Below are positions 28,465 to 37,996 of a stretch of DNA of 64,000 bases, in pieces. A program made the position numbers and the translations under genes. The notes beneath the pieces are model-generated. The model made no database searches, was not told the origin of the DNA, and worked only from the letters and a program-made list of their open reading frames with translations. Positions within the stretch are counted from its first letter, which is position 1. Every line of letters begins with the position of its first letter. This DNA comes from Candidatus Krumholzibacteriota bacterium (GTDB lineage: Bacteria > Krumholzibacteriota > Krumholzibacteriia > LZORAL124-64-63): contig JBDLKA010000004.1 in the NCBI GenBank assembly GCA_039714075.1, forward strand, positions 3,087 through 67,086, given 5' to 3'.

Positions 28465-30528
28465 ATGAAGCGACTCGTCGTTCGCACCATCCTACCGGCC
28501 CTGCTGGCCATCGGACTCTTCTCGGGAGTCGTGTTCTTCTCCTTTCTTCCTTCCCTGAAAAGCTCCGTGATGGATCAGAAGCGGCTCATGATCCGCGAGC
28601 TGACCGAATCGTCCTGGAACATCCTGGCCCGCTTCGAGGCCGAGGAAAGAGCCGGCCGACTGACCCTCAATGAAGCCCAGACCGCCGCCGTGGAACAGAT
28701 CCGCAGCCTCCACTACGGTCAAGAAGGCAAGGACTACTTCTGGATCAACGACATGGAACCGCGGATGATCCTCCACCCCTACCGCACCGATCTGGAGGGC
28801 GAGAGCCTGTCCCGGTTCGCCGATCCCCACGGCAAGCTCATCTTCGTCGAGATGGCCGCGGTCGTGAAGAGTGACGGGGCGGGCTACGTGAACTACATGT
28901 GGCAGTGGAAGGACGATCCTGATCGCATCGTGCCGAAGCTGTCCTACGTGAAGGGGTTTTCGCCCTGGGGCTGGATCATCGGAACCGGCGTCTATACCGA
29001 CGACGTCGATACCGAGGTAGGATTGGTGACCAGCCGCCTGCAGGCCGCAGCACTGCTGATCCTGGCCATGGTATCGCTCCTGATGGTCATCCTTCTGCGG
29101 GCCAGTTTCCAGGCCGAGCGCGGGCGTTTGCGGGCAGCGGCCGCTCTGCGAGGGTCCGAGGAAAAATACCGCTCCCTGGTCGAATCGGCCGGTGAGTCGA
29201 TTTTCATGTCCATCGGCGGCGAGGAGCTCTTCGCCAACGCGAGCATGTTGAGGATGGTGGGCTACAACCGGGAGGAATTCGCGGCCCTCGATGTTGCCGA
29301 TCTGGTGCGGCCCACGGCGGCGGAACTGGAGAGCGGCCGGCGTTCCTGGCAGACGGTCATGGACGGCATGACGGCGCCCACGAGGTACGAGGCCGAATTG
29401 ATCGACCGCGACGGCCGGACCATCCGGGCCATGATCACCCTGTCGCGCATCGTGGTCCAGGGAAGGGTTGGATTCATGGCTGTGGTCACGCGATTGGCCA
29501 AACCGCGGGAACTCGACCTCATGACGACCGAGACCGCCGAGGATCTGGCCGCCGCCAACCGGCGCATGGCGACCATGGCCAGCCTCATGATGAGTCACGA
29601 TGCCGAGGCGATGCCCGTGAGCCGCATGCTTTCGGAGAATGCCGATGCCGCGGTCCGCAAAGGCATAGAATTGGCCGTTGCCGAGTTGGGCCCACCTCCC
29701 CTCCCCTTCGAGGTCATGCTCCTGGGCAGCCTGGGCCGGGCCGAGGTCAGCCTTCTGGCAGATCAGGACCATGCCATCATCTACCCGGACACCGAAGACG
29801 AAAAAACCGTGGTTCAGGAATATTTCCTGGGCCTGGGGTCGCGGCTTTCGGAAATCCTCGACGCGGCGGGCTACCCGTTCTGCCCGGGCGGGATCATGTC
29901 GGGTGAGCCTCGCTGCTGCCAGTCGCTCTCGGGTTGGCGCCGGACTTTTTCCGGCTGGATCAACACTCTCGAGGCCGAAGACCTGTTGCAGGCCAAGATA
30001 TTTTTCGATTTTCGCGGCAGCCTGGACGAGATGAACCTCACTGGCGAACTCTGGGAGCACCTGCGGGCGGAAATATCCCGCCAGCCACGATTCCTCCACC
30101 TGTTGGCCCGCAGCGTGCTGATGTACGAACCCCCGTTGAAAGCTTTTGGCGGCTTCGCCCTGGAGGAACGCAAGGGTGACCGGGGGACCTTTGACGTCAA
30201 GGGAGTCCTGGCGCAGATCGTTGATCTCGTACGGCTCCGGGCGTTGCAGCACGGGATCATCGTCACCGGAACCCTGGACCGTCTCGAAGCGTTGTCGGCC
30301 GGCGGCCACCTGCGGGCCGAAACCGTCCGCGATACCGCCGCCGCTTTCCGCTTCCTCATGGGTCTTCGCCTGAATCACCAGGCGCGCCGGATCCTGGAAC
30401 GGCTCGAACCGGACAATCGGATCGATCCGGAGGCTCTCGATGAGGCGGCGCGCAAACAACTCAAGACGGTGTTCACGAACCTCAAGGCGTGGCAGGCGAC
30501 CCTGGACCACGAGTTCAAGGGGGTGTGA
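28465..30528 (+). CDS. Sensor protein: signal/TM, periplasmic sCache_2 domain, TM, PAS, then a DUF294 putative nucleotidyltransferase plus DUF294_C substrate-binding domain (687 aa)
   Basis: The ORF runs 28327..30528. The ATG at 28465 follows a GGAG RBS and begins a hydrophobic segment. Cache motifs YFWINDMEPRMILHPY, YVNYMWQWKDDP and GFSPWGWIIGTGVYTDDVD. PAS after the second TM. Nucleotidyltransferase motif LLGSLGRAEVSLLADQDHAIIY followed by a helical DUF294_C-like region. Confidence 0.75.
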   Translation: MKRLVVRTILPALLAIGLFSGVVFFSFLPSLKSSVMDQKRLMIRELTESSWNILARFEAEERAGRLTLNEAQTAAVEQIRSLHYGQEGKDYFWINDMEPRMILHPYRTDLEGESLSRFADPHGKLIFVEMAAVVKSDGAGYVNYMWQWKDDPDRIVPKLSYVKGFSPWGWIIGTGVYTDDVDTEVGLVTSRLQAAALLILAMVSLLMVILLRASFQAERGRLRAAAALRGSEEKYRSLVESAGESIFMSIGGEELFANASMLRMVGYNREEFAALDVADLVRPTAAELESGRRSWQTVMDGMTAPTRYEAELIDRDGRTIRAMITLSRIVVQGRVGFMAVVTRLAKPRELDLMTTETAEDLAAANRRMATMASLMMSHDAEAMPVSRMLSENADAAVRKGIELAVAELGPPPLPFEVMLLGSLGRAEVSLLADQDHAIIYPDTEDEKTVVQEYFLGLGSRLSEILDAAGYPFCPGGIMSGEPRCCQSLSGWRRTFSGWINTLEAEDLLQAKIFFDFRGSLDEMNLTGELWEHLRAEISRQPRFLHLLARSVLMYEPPLKAFGGFALEERKGDRGTFDVKGVLAQIVDLVRLRALQHGIIVTGTLDRLEALSAGGHLRAETVRDTAAAFRFLMGLRLNHQARRILERLEPDNRIDPEALDEAARKQLKTVFTNLKAWQATLDHEFKGV

Positions 30529-30533
30529 ATACC

Positions 30534-31274
30534 GTGACGCCACCGAGCGACGGCACCGTCCTTCTGGTCAGCGACATCCACTCGCACTATCACGTCATCG
30601 ACGCCCACATCACCCATGCCCGTGAAAAGCTCGGGCGCACCGTGGAACAGGTCCGTGTGCTGGGCGACTTCGGCCTGTTCGGGCCCAATCTCCACGACTT
30701 TTTCCGACGGGACGGCCGCCGTTTCTCGCTTCCGGTCGCCTTCATCGAGGGCAACCACGAGGACTTCCGGAATTTCGACGATCTGGTCCACGACTACGCC
30801 GATGTCGTGACCCATCTGCCCCGGAACTCGGTACATGATTTCGGTTCCGGGCGCTGGCTGTGCATCGGGGGCGCGCAGTATATGGACGCGTGGTCGACGC
30901 CGCCGGGCTGCGAGATCCGTGACCAGGACATCGCCCGGTGTTTGGAAAATCCGCCCGGGAGTATCGACATCGTCATCAGCCACGACTGCCCCACGAACAT
31001 CGGCGTGACAAGCGAGGCCGAATTCGGGCATCTCGGTCAGCCGGGGATCGCGGGCCTGGCCCGGGTTGCCGATCACCTGCGGCCGAAGTTGTGGTTCTTC
31101 GGCCATCATCACCGGTGGCACGATAACGAGAGCGGCGGAACCCGCTTCGTTGGTCTGCCCCAGAGTTGGCAGGGATACGTACTGCTCGGCGGTGCCGGAG
31201 AGCTGGATCTCGTGGAGCACGAAGTCGCTCTTCCGCGACGACCCGGGTGGTGGCGGTGGATCGGGTTGAAATAA
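30534..31274 (+). CDS. Metallophosphoesterase (calcineurin-like phosphoesterase), ~246 aa
   Basis: The ORF runs 30489..31274. The GTG at 30534 lies 5 nt after the upstream stop, with AAGGGGGTG acting as an RBS. MPP motifs VSDIHSHY, GNHED, GHHH. Confidence 0.8.
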   Translation: MTPPSDGTVLLVSDIHSHYHVIDAHITHAREKLGRTVEQVRVLGDFGLFGPNLHDFFRRDGRRFSLPVAFIEGNHEDFRNFDDLVHDYADVVTHLPRNSVHDFGSGRWLCIGGAQYMDAWSTPPGCEIRDQDIARCLENPPGSIDIVISHDCPTNIGVTSEAEFGHLGQPGIAGLARVADHLRPKLWFFGHHHRWHDNESGGTRFVGLPQSWQGYVLLGGAGELDLVEHEVALPRRPGWWRWIGLK

Positions 31275-31420
31275 GGGCCCGACCGATTGGGCCCGACCGC
31301 CAATCCCCATAACACACTATATCTTATTACGTTGCAAAACCGGACTTAGGGCGTTATCGTTGTCGGACACCGTAACAAATCCATCAGGGACATCCTTCTG
31401 CGCATCCGACGGACAACCTC

Positions 31421-33085
31421 ATGATCAACCTGACCAACATCTCCAAACGCTACGGCCGTCAGATCCTTTTCGTGGAGACCTCCTTCCAGCTCAACCCCGG
31501 CGAGAAGGTCGGCCTTGTCGGTCCCAACGGCGCCGGCAAATCCACCATTTTTCGTCTGATCGTGGGTGAGGAAGATCCCGACGAGGGCACCGTTTCCGTA
31601 CCAAAGCGCACGACCATCGGCTACTTCCGTCAGGATATCGGCGAGATGTCCGGGCGCTCGGTGCTGGATGAAACCATCGCCGGCAGCGGCCACCTGGGTG
31701 AACTTCACCACGAGTTGAAGGACCTTGAACTGGCCATGGCCGATCCGGAACGGGCCGACGAGATGGAGAAGATCCTGGCTCGATTCGGCGAAGTGCTGGA
31801 GATCTACCAGGGACAGGGCGGCTACGACCTTGAAGCCCGCGCCCGCATCGTCCTTGGTGGACTGGGGTTCACCGACGACCAGATCGCCGGCGACTCGGGC
31901 GCGCTTTCGGGCGGCTGGAAAATGCGGATCGGCATGGCGCGCGTGCTGCTGGCCCGGCCCGACGTGCTGCTCATGGACGAACCCACAAACCACCTGGACA
32001 TCGAATCGATCCTCTGGCTGGAAAAATTCATCAGGGACTACCCGGGCGCGGTTCTGCTCACCTGCCACGACAAGGATTTCATGAACCGGGTGGTCAGCCG
32101 GATCGTGGACATCGACGGCGGCGAATTCATCGCCTACACGGGCGATTACGACCACTACGTCCGGCAACGGGCCGTGGCCGAAAAAAACCGCGAAGCCACC
32201 TACGCCCGCCAGCAGGCCATGCTGGCCAAGGAGCGCCGCTTCGTCGAACGATTCGCCTCACACGTGGCCAAGGCGGCACAGGTACAAAGCCGGGTCAAGA
32301 AGCTGGAGAAGATCGAACTGGTCGAGCCGCCGCGAAGGCGCAAGATTGTCGAATTCAAGTTCGAGGCTCCCCCGCGCTCCGGGGACGATGTGGCGGAACT
32401 GGTTGGCTTGTCGAAGGCGTATGGACCCCGCGTGATCTACGACGACTTCAGCCTCAAGATCCGGCGCAAGGAACGGTGGTGTGTTCTGGGGCGCAACGGC
32501 GCGGGAAAGACCACCCTGCTCAAGTTGGTGGCCGGCAAGTTGGCGGCCGATTCCGGGTCGGTGCGACTCGGGGCCAACCTCAAGGTGGGTTACTTCGCCC
32601 AGCAGTCCCTCGAGCAACTCGACCCGGCGCTTACCGTTTTCGAACATGTTCAAAATTCATTTCCCGTCGAGGGCCGCGGTGTGTTGTGCAATCTGCTGGG
32701 AGCGTTCCAGTTCTGCGGCGACGATATCGACAAGCCGACCCGCATTCTTTCAGGCGGTGAAAAATCGCGCCTGGTGCTGGCCCAGATGCTGTTCGACCCG
32801 CCGAATTTCCTGATTCTGGACGAGCCCACCAACCATCTCGACCTCGAGACCAAGGAAATGCTCGTGGATTCACTGGCCGATTTTGAAGGCACCATGCTCT
32901 TCGTCAGTCATGACCGGACGTTTTTGAGGGGGCTCAGCAACCGGGTTCTGGAGTTGCGACCGGGCGACCAGGATGTGAAGGGGAAGACAGAGGGTGTGCC
33001 TGCCCAGCCGCCGCTGGTTTATGACGGCACCTACAGTGAGTTCGTGGCCCGGACGGGGAATGAGGCCTCGGGGGTTCACAGGTAA
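31421..33085 (+). CDS. ABC-F family ATPase (tandem ABC domains, no TM; EttA/YbiT-like translation factor family), 554 aa
   Basis: Two Walker A motifs (GLVGPNGAGKST, VLGRNGAGKTT) and two signature motifs (LSGGWKMR, LSGGEKSR). No membrane domain. Confidence 0.9.
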   Translation: MINLTNISKRYGRQILFVETSFQLNPGEKVGLVGPNGAGKSTIFRLIVGEEDPDEGTVSVPKRTTIGYFRQDIGEMSGRSVLDETIAGSGHLGELHHELKDLELAMADPERADEMEKILARFGEVLEIYQGQGGYDLEARARIVLGGLGFTDDQIAGDSGALSGGWKMRIGMARVLLARPDVLLMDEPTNHLDIESILWLEKFIRDYPGAVLLTCHDKDFMNRVVSRIVDIDGGEFIAYTGDYDHYVRQRAVAEKNREATYARQQAMLAKERRFVERFASHVAKAAQVQSRVKKLEKIELVEPPRRRKIVEFKFEAPPRSGDDVAELVGLSKAYGPRVIYDDFSLKIRRKERWCVLGRNGAGKTTLLKLVAGKLAADSGSVRLGANLKVGYFAQQSLEQLDPALTVFEHVQNSFPVEGRGVLCNLLGAFQFCGDDIDKPTRILSGGEKSRLVLAQMLFDPPNFLILDEPTNHLDLETKEMLVDSLADFEGTMLFVSHDRTFLRGLSNRVLELRPGDQDVKGKTEGVPAQPPLVYDGTYSEFVARTGNEASGVHR

Positions 33086-33168
33086 GGACAAAAAGCAGCG
33101 GGGGCATAGGCGGCGACGGGGCGCTTTTTTACCAAGATAATTATGATAGGCTGCAGATAGATATCCAG

Positions 33169-33750
33169 TTGGTGTCAGCCACCCGACGGAGCAGGTCATC
33201 CTTGGAATCGTTTGCCAAAGCCAGGGAGTTCGTGGAGCACCGAGGTTACGTCCGCGTCCGGCAGAAGTCTATTGCCGCGCTGAAGCTTGCTTCCATCGAT
33301 GATCCCATCAAGGATATCATTGAGGGATTCGCCGAACTCCCGCATTGCTTCACCCTTCAGTGTTGCTATGGACACTTCCTTTGCACACCCGAGCAGGACC
33401 TTCACAATTTTGAGCCGATTCCCCTCGGGTTTTCCGGTCGGGCAACCTATCGAATTGCTTACATCGCTTTTTGTCTGGAGAATAGCCGGCGTGGGAAAGC
33501 ACTTAGGCAGTCACTTGCCCGACTACCGGCGATTGATCCCGACTACATCCAGTTCGGGTCAGCGGATTGGTTCTGGGAACGGTGGGTGAATTCGTATGCT
33601 CTGCAGGTCGAACCCAAGGCCCACATGTTGAAGGATGAGGCCGTTCTGGGACCGGTTGAAGCACGGCACACTCAGGCTGTTCGCGATCATTTTTTCGGGG
33701 AGCTCAGAGTGTTGCTTGCTGCAGAACTAAATGAGAATGAGACAGGCTGA
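33169..33750 (+). CDS. Hypothetical protein with lower-GC coding sequence (193 aa from a TTG; an alternative TTG at 33202 follows GGAGCAGG)
   Basis: The only long ORF in a ~0.7-kb lower-GC stretch (about 52% GC versus ~63% in flanks, by eye). Cys/His-rich segment HCFTLQCCYGHFLC. No recognisable family. Followed by a perfect palindromic terminator. Confidence 0.45.
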   Translation: MVSATRRSRSSLESFAKAREFVEHRGYVRVRQKSIAALKLASIDDPIKDIIEGFAELPHCFTLQCCYGHFLCTPEQDLHNFEPIPLGFSGRATYRIAYIAFCLENSRRGKALRQSLARLPAIDPDYIQFGSADWFWERWVNSYALQVEPKAHMLKDEAVLGPVEARHTQAVRDHFFGELRVLLAAELNENETG

Positions 33751-33810
33751 CAAGAGCTTCCACCTGACAAAGCCAGCATTTCCCCAACTCCCCCATTGTT
33801 CCCACAACCA

Positions 33811-33836
33811 GAAAAGTGCCCCCGGGGGCACTTTTC
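33811..33836. terminator. Bidirectional terminator: perfect 26-bp palindrome GAAAAGTGCCCCCGGGGGCACTTTTC
   Basis: A perfect inverted repeat with A/T runs on both sides. Lies between convergent genes (33750 stop on +, 33874 stop on -). Confidence 0.55.
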
Positions 33837-33873
33837 TCAAGTGATATCAGGGATAGGCTGCAGGGAGGTAAAA

Positions 33874-35778
33874 CTATTTGGCCAGCAGCATCCGACGCGT
33901 TTCCACTTCGTCCCCAGCATGCAAACGATAGAAATACACCCCCGTAGCCACCGTCCTCCCTGCCTGATCCCTTCCCATCCAGACCTTTTCGTGCTGCCCC
34001 GCTGCCTCGCTGCCGGAGTACAAAGTCCGCACCAGCCGTCCAGCCAGATCAAACACCTGAAGATCCACCTGGCCCGCGCTTTCCAGCTCGTACTTGATGG
34101 TGGTCGATGGGTTGAAGGGGTTGGGCACGTTCTGATGCAGCACCACTCCAGCCAGGACACCCGTACCCGGAACCGGGCTCAACTCGGGCTGGAAAACCTT
34201 CCCCACGAATTCCGGCCGGTCGATAAAGGGATTCCGGTTGCCCTGGATGTCATAGACCGCCTCGTTGCGGTCGACCTCCTTGGCACTGACCGGATCGTCG
34301 GCGTTCCATTCCAGCAACAGGGCCTCGGCCCAGGGCAGCAGTGTCGCGCCGGAAGTCATGTCGCTGCCGGGCCAGCCCGCGTCTTCCCCGAAATACCGCG
34401 TGGTCATGTAGAAGTAGGCGCGGGCGAAATCGCCTTTGTACTCGTCGATGGGTTCGAAGACGGTCCCGCTATAACCCGGATAGGCGCAGGGTCCCAACCG
34501 GCTCCCGTTGAGCGAGGTCCAGGTGGGCGAATTCACCTCGCCGAAAGGAAAGCTGCCCCGCTTGTTGTTCACCTCGTTGTCCGTGGGGACGACCATGAAC
34601 ACGTCGGAATACATGGGAGAGGTCGCGCCGTACCAGCTGCTGGGCCAGGAATGTTCGCGGTTGTAACCGGTTCCCTCGGTGCCGGCGGTTCCCCCCTGGT
34701 CGACGCCGAAAGTGTATTCGTAAGGCGGCGTCCCCCCGGGCACGTCCGAGTACATGTCCCAGACCTTGCCGTTGGGCTTGTCGTCCGTGGTGTAGAAGGC
34801 CGACCATAGGCCGTCGTAACTGATGACCGTATGATTATCGATGATGTTGTGCAGGGCCGCCCGCAGGGGCTCGCCGATCAGACCCTCGGCGGAAGTGTAA
34901 TAACCCGGCGGGATGTTCGCCCCGGGAATGGTATAGGAGTCCTCGCCGGAGACCGTTTCGGCCGGAATGTCGTTGGCCGCGGTGACACTGAAATAGATAA
35001 CGGTTCCCGCGACCTGGCCGGGGATCGGGGTGGCCGTCTGGAAGGTGTCGCCACCGGTGTTGGTCATGGTGATGGGATTGATCAGCGCGCCGGATATCGT
35101 ACCCCAGTTCAGGGTCACGGCCGTGATGTTGGCGACCGCATCGGTGACCGCCGCCTGCACGTCAACCGTCTCGCTTTCCACCGGAGATGCAGGCACCGTG
35201 GTGATGGATCCGATGACCGGACCATCCCCGGCCACCGCGCTGTGCGTTCCCGGCGTGGCTTCGCTGGGATAATCGACGGGAGTGGCCGTCCACTCGGCGG
35301 CGTTATAGGCCGGGCTGGGCGAGGTGACATCCCCGTTCCGCACCATGGTCATGTTCTCGAACGCGACACCGGGCACCACGATGTCGTCGACGACAGTACC
35401 CAAGTCGTTTTTCAACCGGGCGCCGTCACCGATCTTCCCGTTCCAGGTGGAATTGCTGGTCGACCAGGCCTCGGCCGGAAAATCGACCGGGAAGACGTCG
35501 ACCGTGGTCTGGTCTCCCGCCACCAGGGCCTGTCCCGGAGCAATCGTTCCCGACAGGTTCCAGGTAAAGATCTCGACGGAGTTTCCCATCGCCACGATCT
35601 GCCAACCGGTCAGGTCCTCGGCCGTCGCGCCGGAGTTGTAGATCTCGATGTACCGGTCGGTCAGGTAATTGACGCGGGGGTCGCAGAGTTCGGACACCAG
35701 GACGTCGGCCTGCGCGGCCGGAGCCAGGGCGGAAAAAACAAGCAGAACCAAGGCGAGTTGGGCGATGACCATTTTCAT
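33874..35778 (-). CDS. Secreted extracellular nuclease: lamin-tail domain, endonuclease I (EndA/Vvn family) domain and a T9SS type-A C-terminal sorting domain, 634 aa
   Basis: Signal peptide. LTD (VLVSELCDPRVNYLTDRYIEIYNSGATAEDLTGWQIV). Endonuclease_1 motifs REHSWPSSW and GNRNPFIDRPE. C-terminus NPFNPSTTIKYEL..GVYFYRLHAGDEVETRRMLLAK. Confidence 0.85.
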   Translation of the reverse strand: MKMVIAQLALVLLVFSALAPAAQADVLVSELCDPRVNYLTDRYIEIYNSGATAEDLTGWQIVAMGNSVEIFTWNLSGTIAPGQALVAGDQTTVDVFPVDFPAEAWSTSNSTWNGKIGDGARLKNDLGTVVDDIVVPGVAFENMTMVRNGDVTSPSPAYNAAEWTATPVDYPSEATPGTHSAVAGDGPVIGSITTVPASPVESETVDVQAAVTDAVANITAVTLNWGTISGALINPITMTNTGGDTFQTATPIPGQVAGTVIYFSVTAANDIPAETVSGEDSYTIPGANIPPGYYTSAEGLIGEPLRAALHNIIDNHTVISYDGLWSAFYTTDDKPNGKVWDMYSDVPGGTPPYEYTFGVDQGGTAGTEGTGYNREHSWPSSWYGATSPMYSDVFMVVPTDNEVNNKRGSFPFGEVNSPTWTSLNGSRLGPCAYPGYSGTVFEPIDEYKGDFARAYFYMTTRYFGEDAGWPGSDMTSGATLLPWAEALLLEWNADDPVSAKEVDRNEAVYDIQGNRNPFIDRPEFVGKVFQPELSPVPGTGVLAGVVLHQNVPNPFNPSTTIKYELESAGQVDLQVFDLAGRLVRTLYSGSEAAGQHEKVWMGRDQAGRTVATGVYFYRLHAGDEVETRRMLLAK

Positions 35779-36011
35779 TTAGGAACCTCGTTTGAATCGA
35801 TTTTACTCCTGATTTCAATAAGTAATTTTATCACAACCGCAGTAAAAATCAAATTATCGGAGACCTTGACCCTGAAGGTTCATTTCCATCAACAAAGTGC
35901 CTGACGGAACCCTCTCCCTGCTGGCCAGACTCCGCAGAATGCGTATATCATCCAGCCAAGCATCAACCGAACCGTAACACGGCGGCCCGCGCCAAAGGCG
36001 AGTAATAGAAC

Positions 36012-37943
36012 ATGCCCGACATCCAAAGCGTCCTGCTGTTCGTGGTGGGATTCATTCTCATCGCCGTGGCGGCCGAACGCCTGGGTGAAAAGTTCACCCG
36101 CTTCCGCATGCCCCTGATCACCGGTTACCTGCTGACCGGGATGCTGGCCGGACCCTACGTCCTGGACCTCATCACCGCCGAGGCCACCCTTCGCCTGCGC
36201 TTCGTGGACGAGATGGCGCTGGGCTTCATCGCCTTCGCCGCCGGCGGCGAACTGTACGTGCGCGAACTCAAGGGGAAATTCCGCGGCATCGCCTGGGTGA
36301 CCGGTGGACTGGTCATGGTGACGTTCGTGTTCGGATTCGTGGCGGCCTTCCTTCTGTCGGGCATGATCCCGGGCCTGGCGTCCCTCAGCCCCGCCGTGCG
36401 GGCCGCCGCCTCGTTGCTGGCCGCGGCCATCCTGGTGGCCAGGTCTCCTTCCTCGGCCATCGCGGTGACGAAGGAACTGCGGGCCCACGGCCCCTTCACC
36501 AAAACAGTCCTGGGCGTGACCGTGATCATGGACGTGGTGGTCATCGTCGCCTTCGCCGGCGCGGCCGCGGTGGCCGACGCCCTGATCTCCACCGAAGCCC
36601 TCGATTTCAGCTTCCTGGGTCTCCTGGTCGCAGAACTGGTGGCCTCGCTGGTGGTGGGAGTCCTGGTGGGATACATCGTGGGCTGGGTGGTCAGCCGGAG
36701 GATGTCGGGCAGCTTGAAGTCCGCCGTCATGCTGGCCCTGGGGTACGGTGTCTTTTTCCTTTCGCACAGCCTGGCGCAATTCAGCCAGACCTACCTGCCC
36801 TGGGAATTCCTGCTCGAGCCCCTTTTCACCTGCATGGTGGCCGGTTTCGTGGTCACCAACCGGACTTCCTACCGCATCGATTTCGCCAATATCCTGCACG
36901 ATACCGGGCCGCCGGTGTACGTGGTGTTTTTCACCTTGACGGGAGCCTCGCTGGCGCTGGACGTCCTGGCCCAGACCTGGATGCTGGCCATCATCCTGTT
37001 CGCGGTTCGCCTGGTGGCGATTTTCCTGGGTTCGAGCGGCGGCATGGCCCTGTCCGGCGCGCCGGCCCGGCACAGCCGGATCGCGGGCATGGCCTTCATC
37101 ACCCAGGCGGGCGTCGGCCTCGGACTGTCCAAGGAAGTCGCGGTGTCGTTCCCCGGTTGGGGCGAATCGCTGGCCACGGTGATGATCGCGGTGATCGTCA
37201 TGAATCAGATCGTGGGTCCGCCCTGCTTCAAGTGGGCCTTGCACCGCGCGCGCGAGACGCACACCCGCGCCACGGTCGGTGAAGACAAGACACCCCGTTA
37301 CGCCATCGTCTTCGGCCTGGGCGGCCATGGGCAGACCCTGGCCCGCCAGCTGCGCCAGCACGGCTGGGAGGTGCGCATCGCTTCGCGCCGCGCCAAGGAA
37401 CGGCAGGCCGAGGTGGACGCTTCGGATCTCGACATCCAGCCCATCGGCGGCATCAACCTAGAGGCCCTGCAGGATCTTGAGGCGGACCGGGCGCGGGCGG
37501 TGATCGGACTGCTTTCGGACGAGGACAACCTGACCCTCTGCGAACTTCTCTACGAACACTTCGGAACCGAAACCTTGATCGTGAACCTGCACGACCGGGA
37601 ATTCCTGGAGCAGTTCCGCCAGCTGGGCGTATGTGTCGTGGATCCGGGCACGGCGCTGGTCAGCCTGATGGACCATTGCGTGCGCTCGCCCGCGTCGACC
37701 TCGCTGCTGATGGGTCTGGATCCCGAGCAGGACGTGGTCGACATCGTGGTCCGCAACCGCGACCTGCACAAGGTTCCGTTGCGGGATCTGCGGCTTCCGC
37801 TCGACGTCCTGGTCCTGTACGTCAAGCGCGGGGACCGCCTGATGCACTCGCACGGGTTCACCCAGCTCGAACTGCATGACCACGTGACGTTCGTGGGATC
37901 GGAGGAAAGCCTGGACGAGGTCAGGCTGAGGTTCCAAGCGTAA
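36012..37943 (+). CDS. Monovalent cation:proton antiporter (CPA2/NhaP-type) with C-terminal RCK/TrkA-N and TrkA-C domains, 643 aa
   Basis: ~11 TM Na+/H+-exchanger-like N-terminal half, followed by a Rossmann motif YAIVFGLGGHGQTLARQL and a C-terminal TrkA_C-like region. Confidence 0.9.
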   Translation: MPDIQSVLLFVVGFILIAVAAERLGEKFTRFRMPLITGYLLTGMLAGPYVLDLITAEATLRLRFVDEMALGFIAFAAGGELYVRELKGKFRGIAWVTGGLVMVTFVFGFVAAFLLSGMIPGLASLSPAVRAAASLLAAAILVARSPSSAIAVTKELRAHGPFTKTVLGVTVIMDVVVIVAFAGAAAVADALISTEALDFSFLGLLVAELVASLVVGVLVGYIVGWVVSRRMSGSLKSAVMLALGYGVFFLSHSLAQFSQTYLPWEFLLEPLFTCMVAGFVVTNRTSYRIDFANILHDTGPPVYVVFFTLTGASLALDVLAQTWMLAIILFAVRLVAIFLGSSGGMALSGAPARHSRIAGMAFITQAGVGLGLSKEVAVSFPGWGESLATVMIAVIVMNQIVGPPCFKWALHRARETHTRATVGEDKTPRYAIVFGLGGHGQTLARQLRQHGWEVRIASRRAKERQAEVDASDLDIQPIGGINLEALQDLEADRARAVIGLLSDEDNLTLCELLYEHFGTETLIVNLHDREFLEQFRQLGVCVVDPGTALVSLMDHCVRSPASTSLLMGLDPEQDVVDIVVRNRDLHKVPLRDLRLPLDVLVLYVKRGDRLMHSHGFTQLELHDHVTFVGSEESLDEVRLRFQA

Positions 37944-37996
37944 GCGGCCGGGATGGTGTCCATGCAAATTGACGAAAATGTTCATAGGTTGTTTTC

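Noticed and set aside
28492-30543. 683-aa minus-strand ORF
   Set aside because: Antisense to the Cache-PAS-DUF294 gene. No TM or signal or domain signatures. Arg/Gly/His-rich.
30375-32167. Minus-strand ORFs 30375..31310 and 31346..32167
   Set aside because: Antisense to the phosphoesterase and ABC-F genes, both of which have textbook motifs. Composition artefacts.
33796-37361. ORFs 33796..34809 (+), 34831..35904 (+) and 35889..37361 (-)
   Set aside because: Antisense to the LTD-endonuclease gene and the CPA2 antiporter gene. Low-complexity G/R/D/H-rich translations.
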